Part shown: one piece after another, positions 30,117-37,132 of the stretch
How positions within the stretch are numbered: position 1 is the stretch's first letter
How the letters are laid out: every line of letters begins with the position of its first letter
IMG/VR virus record: IMGVR_UViG_3300031998_000008
Span: 143,930 to 207,929 of that record
From: a virus
Taxonomy: Duplodnaviria > Caudoviricetes
Length of the DNA: 64,000 nucleotides
Reading direction: 5' to 3' (one strand)
Translations under genes and position numbers: made by a program
The notes under the pieces: generated by a model
The model's input: only the letters and a program-made list of their open reading frames with translations
What the model was told of the DNA's origin: nothing
The model's database searches: none

Positions 30117-30686
30117 ATGAAAAAGAATTTTAGAACAAAAGAAGAATATATTGAGGCTGCAAAGATGGCTCATAGTGTTGCTGAAATGTGCAGATTACTT
30201 GGTAGAAATCCATGTGGCGCTGGATATTATATTATGAAAAAGAAAATCAAAGAATATGATATAGATATAAGTCATTTTCTTGGGCAAGGATGGAATAAGG
30301 GTTTAAAGATGAACCCTAATGAGGGAAAAATTAAAAAATTAGAAGAAATATTAGTAGAAAATTCCACATATGCTAATTGTAATTGTTTAAAAAAAAGGTT
30401 ATTAAAAGAAGGTGTTAAAGAATATAGGTGTGAGTGTTGTGGGTTGACTGAGTGGAACGGTAAAGAAATTCCTTTAGAAATACATCACATAAATGGTGTT
30501 AGAAATGATAACAGGATTGAAAATCTTCAATTATTATGCCCAAATTGCCATGCTCAAACAGATAATTATTGTTCTAAAAATATGAAGAATGGCGGAGTGG
30601 TGGAATTGGTAGACACGACTGTCCCAAAAGCAGTTGCCGAGAGGCGTGTGGGTCCGACTCCCACCTCCGCTACAGAACTTAAATAA
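30117..30686 (+). CDS. HNH homing endonuclease
   Basis: CECCG..EWNG..LEIHHING..NDNRIENLQLLCPNCH. Confidence 0.9.
   Translation: MKKNFRTKEEYIEAAKMAHSVAEMCRLLGRNPCGAGYYIMKKKIKEYDIDISHFLGQGWNKGLKMNPNEGKIKKLEEILVENSTYANCNCLKKRLLKEGVKEYRCECCGLTEWNGKEIPLEIHHINGVRNDNRIENLQLLCPNCHAQTDNYCSKNMKNGGVVELVDTTVPKAVAERRVGPTPTSATELK
30591..30672 (+). tRNA. tRNA-Leu(CAA), C33, T loop TCCGA; lies inside the HNH ORF 3' end
   Basis: ACTGT-CCCAAAA-GCAGT; Leu D and variable arms. Confidence 0.85.
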
Positions 30687-30704
30687 TAATTAAAAATTAA
30701 CAAA

Positions 30705-31340
30705 ATGAAGAAAGTATTTATTTTATTGATGGCAATTTCTTTGATGTTTTCATTCAATTCTTGCGATTGGTTTAACAAGAACAAGGATAATGAGAAAAAA
30801 GAAATTATCGTGGAAAACGTAGTTAAAGCAGACAGAGACTACATGACAGAAAATTATGGTAATACCTACGTATGGTATGAAACACAAATTTCTTTGAATG
30901 ACTATCTTGATGAAGAATGCGATGGCTCATTCTCAGAGATTGTAGATGTGTTCCAAGTTATCACTACAACTGACAGTGTAACATTTGATACCAAAGTAAT
31001 TAAGATGTACCATGTTGCTGATTCTTCATACATTGAAGAAATTGAAGGTTTCTGGGTTGAAGACATGAATATGAACGATGAAATCATTTCAGTCACTTAC
31101 AAACAAGCATTCCAACTTATTAATGAAGTAAACTTCCCAAAACCACATTCAAAGAATTGTGTTTTGAGAAAAGAAGTTGGCCCAATTGAAGCTAATCCTC
31201 AGTATATCTTTGGCAACATTGAATCACAATTGTATGTTGATGCATTGACAGGTGATGTAACTGATGAAAGCCCAAGTTTCTGTGACGAAGTTATTGAAAA
31301 CGACAGCATCGAAGATGTAAACACTCAATTTGGTGAGTAG
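30705..31340 (+). CDS. Putative lipoprotein
   Basis: MKK + hydrophobic stretch + FNSC lipobox; acidic mature part. Confidence 0.75.
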   Translation: MKKVFILLMAISLMFSFNSCDWFNKNKDNEKKEIIVENVVKADRDYMTENYGNTYVWYETQISLNDYLDEECDGSFSEIVDVFQVITTTDSVTFDTKVIKMYHVADSSYIEEIEGFWVEDMNMNDEIISVTYKQAFQLINEVNFPKPHSKNCVLRKEVGPIEANPQYIFGNIESQLYVDALTGDVTDESPSFCDEVIENDSIEDVNTQFGE

Positions 31341-31372
31341 CCGTAATTAAATAAAAAAAGATATAAAAATTA

Positions 31373-31439
31373 GAAAACCTAACAGCAACTTTTAGTAATA
31401 ATCAGGACTTTCATTCCCGACAATAAACTAATGGTTTTC
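31373..31439 (+). ncRNA. ACAGCA-stem RNA displaying a Glu(TTC) anticodon arm
   Basis: GAAAACC-TAACAGCAA ... CAGGA-CTTTCAT-TCCCG ... GGTTTTC. Confidence 0.7.
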
Positions 31440-31458
31440 GTTTTTTAGAACCCATATA

Positions 31459-31529
31459 AGTAATCCTACAGCAACATTTCAACAAAACCTTTGATTGCAA
31501 TTCAAAACCATGTTAACAAACGGATTACT
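31459..31529 (+). ncRNA. ACAGCA-stem RNA displaying a Cys(GCA) anticodon arm
   Basis: AGTAATCC-TACAGCAA ... TTTGA-TTGCAAT-TCAAA ... GGATTACT. Confidence 0.75.
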
Positions 31530-31535
31530 GTAAAT

Positions 31536-31607
31536 GCCTCCTTAGTATAACGGTTATTATATCGGCTTTGTAACCCGAAGATGGCAGTCCGATTCTGCCA
31601 GGGGGCT
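31536..31607 (+). tRNA. tRNA-Thr(TGT), T loop TCCGA
   Basis: TCGGC-TTTGTAA-CCCGA. Confidence 0.82.
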
Positions 31608-31729
31608 CAAAACATTCGAGGGATTGAGGCTTGGTTTCCTATTCTGACCTTTTGACGAATTGTGTTGGAATACGAATAAGGAGCAAGAGGCTTGCATGCA
31701 CCTGGCTTGCTGTGTAGAGTGTTTTTAAT

Positions 31730-31813
31730 GGGAGCGTAACCGGTAATTGGTAGCCGCACGGACTGTAAATCCGTTCCCTTTTGGGACTGGTGGTTCGAGT
31801 CCACCCGCTCCCA
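31730..31813 (+). tRNA. tRNA-Tyr(GTA)
   Basis: ACGGA-CTGTAAA-TCCGT. Confidence 0.92.
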
Positions 31814-31905
31814 CAACAAGCACAAGTCTTTAGGCCCCCACACACATGGCAGCATAAGACTATATAAGTGGGAATACAAGCAAGAATTCTAAAGTGTTTG
31901 TTAAT

Positions 31906-31976
31906 GCGTTGTTAGTACAACGGCAGTATATTGGCTTCCCAAGCCGAAGATGTCAGTTCGATTCTGATACAGCGCT
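31906..31976 (+). tRNA. tRNA-Gly(CCC)
   Basis: TTGGC-TTCCCAA-GCCGA. Confidence 0.9.
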
Positions 31977-31984
31977 CATGTTTT

Positions 31985-32066
31985 CGGCTTGTGGTGGAAC
32001 TGGTAGACACGCATGTCTTAGGAACATGTGCCGAAAGGCGTGTGGGTTCGACTCCCACCTTGCCGA
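31985..32066 (+). tRNA. tRNA-Leu(TAG)
   Basis: CATGT-CTTAGGA-ACATG; two T-T mismatches in acceptor. Confidence 0.85.
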
Positions 32067-32192
32067 CTGAAAATATATCAACGAAGCTTTGACTAATGAA
32101 GCCATGGATTTTACTGTGAGAAGTCCTATTGTGGACCGTTGATTTTTTAGATTATACTTTTTAGTTGATTATACTTTTTAGTTGAAAATATA

Positions 32193-32283
32193 AGGAAACT
32201 TGCAGCAAATTTAATTAGGTTCAATAAATTTAACTTCCAATTAGATTTTAGATGGTTCGAGTCCATTACAAACAAGGTTTCCT
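32193..32283 (+). ncRNA. GCAGCA-stem RNA with Gly(TCC) anticodon arm and T arm
   Basis: AGGAAACTT-GCAGCAA ... TTTAA-CTTCCAA-TTAGA ... GATGG-TTCGAGT-CCATT ... AGGTTTCCT. Confidence 0.75.
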
Positions 32284-32289
32284 GAGTTT

Positions 32290-32363
32290 GGGAGAGTAGC
32301 GTAGCTGGTTAGCGCAACGGACTGTTAATCCGTGGGTCGTGGGTTCGATTCCCACCTCTCCCG
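32290..32363 (+). tRNA. tRNA-Asn(GTT)
   Basis: ACGGA-CTGTTAA-TCCGT. Confidence 0.92.
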
Positions 32364-32368
32364 CACAA

Positions 32369-32511
32369 AGTAAGCTTGCAGCAATAATTCAGTTTATTTT
32401 CGCAGATACCGAAGAGATGTCGGTTCGATTCCGGCCCCCCATACAAATTTAACTTTCTTATCATATGGGGGTAGTTTAATGGTAGAATATTACAAACAAC
32501 AAAGGCTTACT
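32369..32511 (+). ncRNA. Circularly permuted tRNA mimic (GAT loop) on a GCAGCA stem
   Basis: Order: stem, anticodon arm, T arm, CCCCCAT, linker, ATGGGGG, D arm, stem (AGTAAGCT/GGCTTACT). Confidence 0.8.
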
Positions 32512-32527
32512 GTCAATACAAAGCAAA

Positions 32528-32620
32528 AGAAATCTTACAGCAAATATCAACTTGATTAGTTCGATTCTAATATTAGCCGCCATAAACAGGCTGATTGCAA
32601 AGGTGCAGTTAATGATTTCT
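32528..32620 (+). ncRNA. Permuted tRNA mimic (T arm, closed acceptor, D-like arm; no anticodon) on an ACAGCA stem
   Basis: AGAAATC/GATTTCT; ATTAG-TTCGATT-CTAAT; ATTAGCC-GCCA..GGCTGAT; TGCA/TGCA. Confidence 0.75.
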
Positions 32621-32635
32621 GAATGCTTTTTTTAT

Positions 32636-32709
32636 AGGGGTATGGTTGAATTGGTTACAAGTACCGGCCTGTCACGCCGGTGGTGCGGGTTCGAGTCCCG
32701 TTATCCCTG
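32636..32709 (+). tRNA. tRNA-Asp(GTC)
   Basis: CCGGC-CTGTCAC-GCCGG. Confidence 0.92.
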
Positions 32710-32719
32710 CAATAGATAA

Positions 32720-32849
32720 AGGAATTCAACAGCAACTTTTAATTTCGTTTGACTGTAAATCAAAAGGTTATTGGTTCGAATCCAGTTGTTGCATTAGAGA
32801 AATCGAAGGCGACATAGCTCAATTGGTAGAGTAAGAAAAAGTGATTCCT
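32720..32849 (+). ncRNA. Circularly permuted tRNA-Tyr(GTA) mimic on an ACAGCA stem
   Basis: AGGAATT/GATTCCT; TTTGA-CTGTAAA-TCAAA; T arm; TGTTGC..GCGACA; TAGCTCAATTGGTAGAGT. Confidence 0.82.
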
Positions 32850-32866
32850 GTGCATCTATTTTTTAT

Positions 32867-32940
32867 GGGCCTGTGGTTGAATGGTTTACAATGCCGCCCT
32901 GTCACGGCGTGTGGTGCGGGTTCGAATCCCGTCAGGCCCG
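32867..32940 (+). tRNA. tRNA-Asp(GTC)
   Basis: CGCC-CTGTCAC-GGCG. Confidence 0.9.
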
Positions 32941-32951
32941 CATAGATTGAA

Positions 32952-33106
32952 AGAAATTTAACAGCAAGAGACTTTATGGTAAACACATTTCTCTGCAAAA
33001 GAAAGATTGTTGGTTCGAGTCCAACTGTAGCATTGAAGACGGAGCCCTCATTTAGCGAGGTGCGAGTTTTTGGCTGCATAGTGAAATTGGAAAAAGAATG
33101 ATTTCT
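32952..33106 (+). ncRNA. Circularly permuted tRNA-Cys(GCA) mimic on an ACAGCA stem (break in the D loop)
   Basis: AGAAATT/GATTTCT; TGGTAAACAC; TTTCT-CTGCAAA-AGAAA; T arm; TGTAGC..GCTGCA-TAGTG. Confidence 0.8.
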
Positions 33107-33234
33107 GTAAATCTATAACATAGGAAACAAAGGACACACGTACCTTAAACAAGTACGAAAAGTTAGTGCAAGCCGAATAAAGTCGCCAAGCGTCTCAGGT
33201 CGGTAGCATGATAGTGAAATGTAAATTTCTTAAT

Positions 33235-33307
33235 GGGGAGTTCATTTAGCGGTTTAGGATGCAGGTTCGACAGACCTGTCACTATGGTTCGATTCCATAA
33301 CACCCCA
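33235..33307 (+). tRNA. tRNA-Val(GAC), C33
   Basis: CAGGT-TCGACAG-ACCTG. Confidence 0.7.
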
Positions 33308-33310
33308 CAA

Positions 33311-33661
33311 TCGGATGTTGTTGATATTCAAAGAAAAGTCCGTAAGACGAGGGTTCGACTCCCTCCGGGTCCACCATATTGGGTGCGCCATGTTGAGTAC
33401 CAACCATACTAGTTATACGGTTCTTATGATTCATGGTACAATACCAAGTAATTTGAAAAACTTGGTTCGGGTTTAAAATTGGGGTTCAACTCCCTGGCAT
33501 CCAACAACTTTCAAACATGGGCCCGCTTGGATTTGATTGCGAATGAATACAATGGAAGGAGATATTCGAGAAGCCAATAAATGGCAATGAAAATTATGCA
33601 TATGCAGTTGCAGCCTAAGCTAGGTTAGCAAATGCAGGTTGGCAGCGAACCAAATCGCTGC
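33311..33661 (+). ncRNA. ssrA: Two-piece (circularly permuted) tmRNA
   Basis: Acceptor piece ends T arm-CGGGTCC-ACCA at 33376; coding piece starts GGGCCCG..GGATTTGA at 33519 (G3:U70); tag GNENYAYAVAA-stop at 33583-33618. Confidence 0.88.
33380..33504 (+). ncRNA. tRNA-like element in the tmRNA intervening segment
   Basis: TGGGTGC/GCATCCA-A, TGGGG-TTCAACT-CCCTG, ACCAAGT/ACTTGGT hairpin. Confidence 0.55.
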
Positions 33662-33665
33662 AAAT

Positions 33666-33738
33666 GGCGGGTTCGTATAATAGGTTAGTACGCCACCCTC
33701 TCAAGGTGGAAATAGAGGTTCGAACCCACTACTCGCTA
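33666..33738 (+). tRNA. tRNA-Glu(CTC)
   Basis: CCACC-CTCTCAA-GGTGG. Confidence 0.82.
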
Positions 33739-33748
33739 CAAAATACAT

Positions 33749-33820
33749 CGTGCCATCGAATAATGGTTAGTTCGCTGCCCTTTCACGGCAGTAATACGGG
33801 TTCGAGTCCCGTTGGCACGA
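33749..33820 (+). tRNA. tRNA-Glu(TTC)
   Basis: CTGCC-CTTTCAC-GGCAG. Confidence 0.92.
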
Positions 33821-33894
33821 CTCTCGCCGAGTTAGTTTCTAATCCGGAGCGCTTAACGTACACACGTTAGTAAGTAGGAAACAAGGCGAGTTTT

Positions 33895-33969
33895 CGGCTA
33901 GTGGTGTAATTGGTTAGCACGTCACCCTGATAAGGTGAAAGTTTGGTGGTTCGAGTCCACCCTAGCCGA
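33895..33969 (+). tRNA. tRNA-Ile(GAT)
   Basis: TCACC-CTGATAA-GGTGA. Confidence 0.92.
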
Positions 33970-34167
33970 CAAAATATGCAAAAATTTGTGAAATAATTTA
34001 TTTTTTTGTATATTTATAAAACAAGAAAGTAGTATTCCTGTCAAGGGCGAAACAATTGATGGGTTAGAGCCATACCGTTAGAAACACGGTCATAATGTTA
34101 GGGTACAAGTCGGGTAAAACTGACACCAGTCGGAATGACAAGTTAAATTATGGTTCACTTTCTAAAT

Positions 34168-34242
34168 GGGGCGTTAGCTCAGTCTGGCTAGAGCGGTAGC
34201 TTTGCAAGCTTCAGGTCGTGGGTTCGAATCCCACACGCTCCA
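34168..34242 (+). tRNA. tRNA-Ala(TGC)
   Basis: GGGGCGT/ACGCTCC (G3:U70), loop TTTGCAA. Confidence 0.9.
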
Positions 34243-34608
34243 CAAAACATATTCAGGTATAGAAGACGCAAATTCTAAGAGACTGCTCTGTGTTTTGGAC
34301 GATATATGTGTACCAAACCAATGTTCAAGTTGCGTATTGAACTGAGGGCATGTATAATCGAAAAAAAGTGTCTATGGTGTAAGTGGTGAGCACACCCAAT
34401 GGAGGGAGGTACGGTTCGAGTCCGTGGATTACTTCAATTTTTTTCTTATTATTTAAAAGGATGAAGTTGGTAGCGCCACAACGTAATGTAACAAGTCCCT
34501 GAAATGGTCATTTCAAACTGTGTTCCTTATCGTAGTTAAGGGAAAGTCTTTTACGGTTTCTATAATGCGAAAGCCAAAATGTATCAAAGGAAGCAAACCG
34601 TTTTATTT

Positions 34609-34735
34609 GGAGGTATAGTTTAGTGGTAGAATGACGTAAAATGAAAATAGCATTTTGGTCATTTAAAAATGTTAACAGCATATGAGTTCAATGCCTTTCC
34701 CGCCGTTGATGTAGGTTCGATTCCTGCTGCCTCCG
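34609..34735 (+). tRNA. tRNA (TTC, Glu) with 56-nt ACAGCA-module insert (34637-34692)
   Basis: Removing the insert gives ACGGC-CTTTCCC-GCCGT. Confidence 0.75.
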
Positions 34736-34889
34736 CTATGAGATACCAATAGGTTTACTTAATCATATGTCAGAAGTACAATGACGTTAGAGTATGGGAT
34801 TGCCGGAAGCTAACGGTGTGATACATAACTTCGCACAATTGGTAACAATTCATGTTAGTTGCAAATGACATGATGCTCATTTTTTTTAT

Positions 34890-35021
34890 TGGCCAGTAGC
34901 TCAGTTGGCAGAGCAACGGAATGAAAAGAAAACGCATTTTGGCCTAAAGATGTTAACAGCAATGAAAAATTTTCGACTGTTAATCCGTGGGCCGCAGGTT
35001 CGAGTCCTGCCTGACCAGCCA
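34890..35021 (+). tRNA. tRNA-Asn(GTT) with 56-nt ACAGCA-module insert (34920-34975)
   Basis: Removing the insert gives ACGGA-CTGTTAA-TCCGT; encoded GCCA end. Confidence 0.82.
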
Positions 35022-35131
35022 ATATGTCTTGTGTTGGTGCGTAACCATCGGGCACTAAATGTTGAAACAAACAGGATTAAGTTCCTCGAAAGCCATTAAT
35101 CAGTTCAACTCTGATGGGACATATTTTTTAT

Positions 35132-35207
35132 GCATGTATGAAGCAGATTGGATGTGCTACCAGCGTGATAAGGCTGGGCTATGTTGGTTCGAATCCAACT
35201 GCATGCG
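35132..35207 (+). tRNA. Atypical tRNA-Ile(GAT)-like, 8-nt anticodon loop
   Basis: CCAGC-GTGATAAG-GCTGG; GCATGTA/TGCATGC. Confidence 0.55.
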
Positions 35208-35248
35208 CAAATTACCTGAACACATAGGGTGATTTATCTGTACAGATT

Positions 35249-35402
35249 GGGTGTGTAGACTGAATGGGAAAATTGGTATCAAAAGTACATTCGGATATGA
35301 CTGAAATGCAGATAGGTCATATTGACGGGATGCAACTTGAGAAGATTTGAAGATGCGCCCGGTAAGCTCCGGGAGATACGGGTTCGAATCCCGTCACACT
35401 TA
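35249..35402 (+). ncRNA. tRNA-like element with a large D-arm insertion
   Basis: GGGTGTG/CACACTT, CCCGG-TAAGCT-CCGGG, ACGGG-TTCGAAT-CCCGT. Confidence 0.5.
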
Positions 35403-35407
35403 CAATA

Positions 35408-35474
35408 GGAAAACATACAGCAACTTTAATTCAGTTACAATCTTTTAAATTGTGGGACTAAAATTTCGTTTTCC
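35408..35474 (+). ncRNA. ACAGCA-stem RNA displaying a Lys(TTT) anticodon arm
   Basis: GGAAAAC-ATACAGCAA ... ACAAT-CTTTTAA-ATTGT ... GTTTTCC. Confidence 0.78.
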
Positions 35475-35561
35475 GTTTAATATATGGTTGGCAAAGATGA
35501 GTTAGCTAGCAAACATTACCCCAAAAGTTATTCATACTTAGGTTATAACGCCAATCATTAT

Positions 35562-35643
35562 GGGGAAGTGGTGGAACTGGTAGACACGTATGCCCAAGGA
35601 GCATATGCCGAAAGGCGTGTGGGTTCGACTCCCACCTTCCCTA
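35562..35643 (+). tRNA. tRNA-Leu(AAG), C33
   Basis: TATGC-CCAAGGA-GCATA; Leu D and variable arms. Confidence 0.85.
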
Positions 35644-35793
35644 CTTAATATGCCCTGTAGTCAAAGTTGTAGAACAACTATTACGTATGTCGTTGTTTCT
35701 GTAATTTCTGGTGATTTATTTGACCGTACTTTGTTAATACATGTTAATACGAAGTATGAAGGTTCGATTCCTTTACTGAGGCGCAAGGAGAAA

Positions 35794-35864
35794 GCCTTGT
35801 TAGTTTAGTGGTAGAATGATACCCTCGTAAAGTATAGACGATGGTTCGATTCCATCACTTGGCT
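35794..35864 (+). tRNA. tRNA-Thr(CGT)
   Basis: ATACC-CTCGTAA-AGTAT. Confidence 0.72.
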
Positions 35865-35896
35865 CAATATTTATTAAAGAACAAAAAAGATTATTT

Positions 35897-36157
35897 ATGA
35901 AAAAGTTATTTTTAACAATTACTATTGTTTTTGCATTGCTTACAAGTTGCATTGCACAAAATGGAGGAGGATTATTCCAAAGGGGTGAAAATCCTGAAAG
36001 TGAAAAAACCCAAGTTATTTATAACAGAGAAGGGGGATTTCCTGGTCTTCCGCCACACGGAGAAGAAGGCGACCAACCTGCACCTGTAGGCGCAGGAACT
36101 GTTTTACTTATTGGCTTTGGTGCTGCTTATGCAATGTACAAGAAAAACAAAAAGTAA
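35897..36157 (+). CDS. Small secreted protein with PID-CTERM-like C-terminal sorting signal
   Basis: Signal peptide; PVGAGTVLLIGFGAAYAMYKKNKK. Confidence 0.7.
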   Translation: MKKLFLTITIVFALLTSCIAQNGGGLFQRGENPESEKTQVIYNREGGFPGLPPHGEEGDQPAPVGAGTVLLIGFGAAYAMYKKNKK

Positions 36158-36455
36158 AGAAAACTCAACGCTGATGAGTATAAATAAGACAGCCGTACAG
36201 CCATCGTGAACGGTAGCAGTACTGGACTAAACTGTTAAAATAAAGGCCCTAAGGGAGAGGTAACGTTACTCCTTAAAACTAGCGAATTTCAAGTAGATTC
36301 ATGGGTTATCGAAAGGCTTTAGAAATGTTAAGTAAAAAGACCTTATGCCAGCGATTGACACTCTACACGGGGAGTGTAGGCCACGAAAAATGTGGTGGTT
36401 GAAAAAGTACCAGGGTTCGACTCCTATATCAATCAAGGAAATCCATTTTTCAGAT

Positions 36456-36533
36456 GGTGTCTATAGTGTTAGTGGTCGAGCACGCAAGTTTGTGGCACTT
36501 GTAGCCTCAGTTCGAATCTGAGTAGACACCCCA
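36456..36533 (+). tRNA. tRNA-His(GTG) with G-1
   Basis: CAAGT-TTGTGGC-ACTTG; C73-CCA encoded. Confidence 0.92.
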
Positions 36534-36534
36534 A

Positions 36535-36838
36535 TAGCAAGTACGGACCACATAGTAGTGTTCAGGGTAAGCCGTAAAGGTATCAGCTGTAGGGTTACGG
36601 TGTAGTCAGGGACCCATGTCCCCCAGCCTGATGAAGGAGTGTTGGTAATTTGCGAATCTCGTAAATTAAAGGTGAACTGCAACCGATTCCGTGAGGGGCC
36701 ATAAGATGACAAGCAACAGGAGCGTAAAAGTAGAGAAAAATGTGCAATCTGCATCAAGGTCTAGGTTAGCCCTCTCCCCATTGCACACTTACCACATAGT
36801 GGTTGTTCTCGCCTTGTCTCGTGAATTTACCTTGCTAT
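36535..36838 (+). ncRNA. Unidentified ~300-nt structured RNA
   Basis: GC-rich spacer closed by ATAGCAAG/CTTGCTAT, with internal hairpins. Confidence 0.45.
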
Positions 36839-36843
36839 TTTAT

Positions 36844-36929
36844 GGAGATGTGGCCGAGTGGTTTAAGGCGGCTCTCTGCTAAGGAGTTGGGCCCATAAAG
36901 CCCCGCAGGTTCGAATCCTGCCATCTCCG
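36844..36929 (+). tRNA. tRNA-Ser(GCT)
   Basis: GCTCT-CTGCTAA-GGAGT, long variable arm. Confidence 0.92.
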
Positions 36930-37059
36930 CAGAACGTGGCCAAAGCACGTTTTTAACACAAAAATTAAAGTGTTGGAGTATAATAAAGTGAAAATGTGGT
37001 CTGCAAGCCCATCGGTAAGCCAACGTGCTTTGAAAGTTCTTTGCCTTTGCAGGGGCAAT

Positions 37060-37132
37060 TTGTTTATGGTGTAACAGGGAGCATGCCTGTCGTGAAGACA
37101 GGAGGAGTCGGGTTCGAGACCCACTGAGCAGC
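37060..37132 (+). ncRNA. Atypical tRNA-like element
   Basis: CCTGT-CGTGAAG-ACAGG, GGGTTCGAGACCC. Confidence 0.45.

Noticed and set aside
32150-32184. Tandem 17-nt duplication GATTATACTTTTTAGTT
   Set aside because: Only two copies; most likely a slippage duplication
33331-33345. GAAAAGTCC as an RNase P RNA signature
   Set aside because: It lies in the tmRNA acceptor piece and no matching downstream P4 strand was found
36168-36200. CTGATGAG as a hammerhead ribozyme core
   Set aside because: No properly placed stem II and GAAA could be identified by eye
26012-37124. Numerous 60-155 aa ORFs on both strands across the RNA array
   Set aside because: They overlap tRNA or ncRNA genes and are shadows of GC-rich structured RNA
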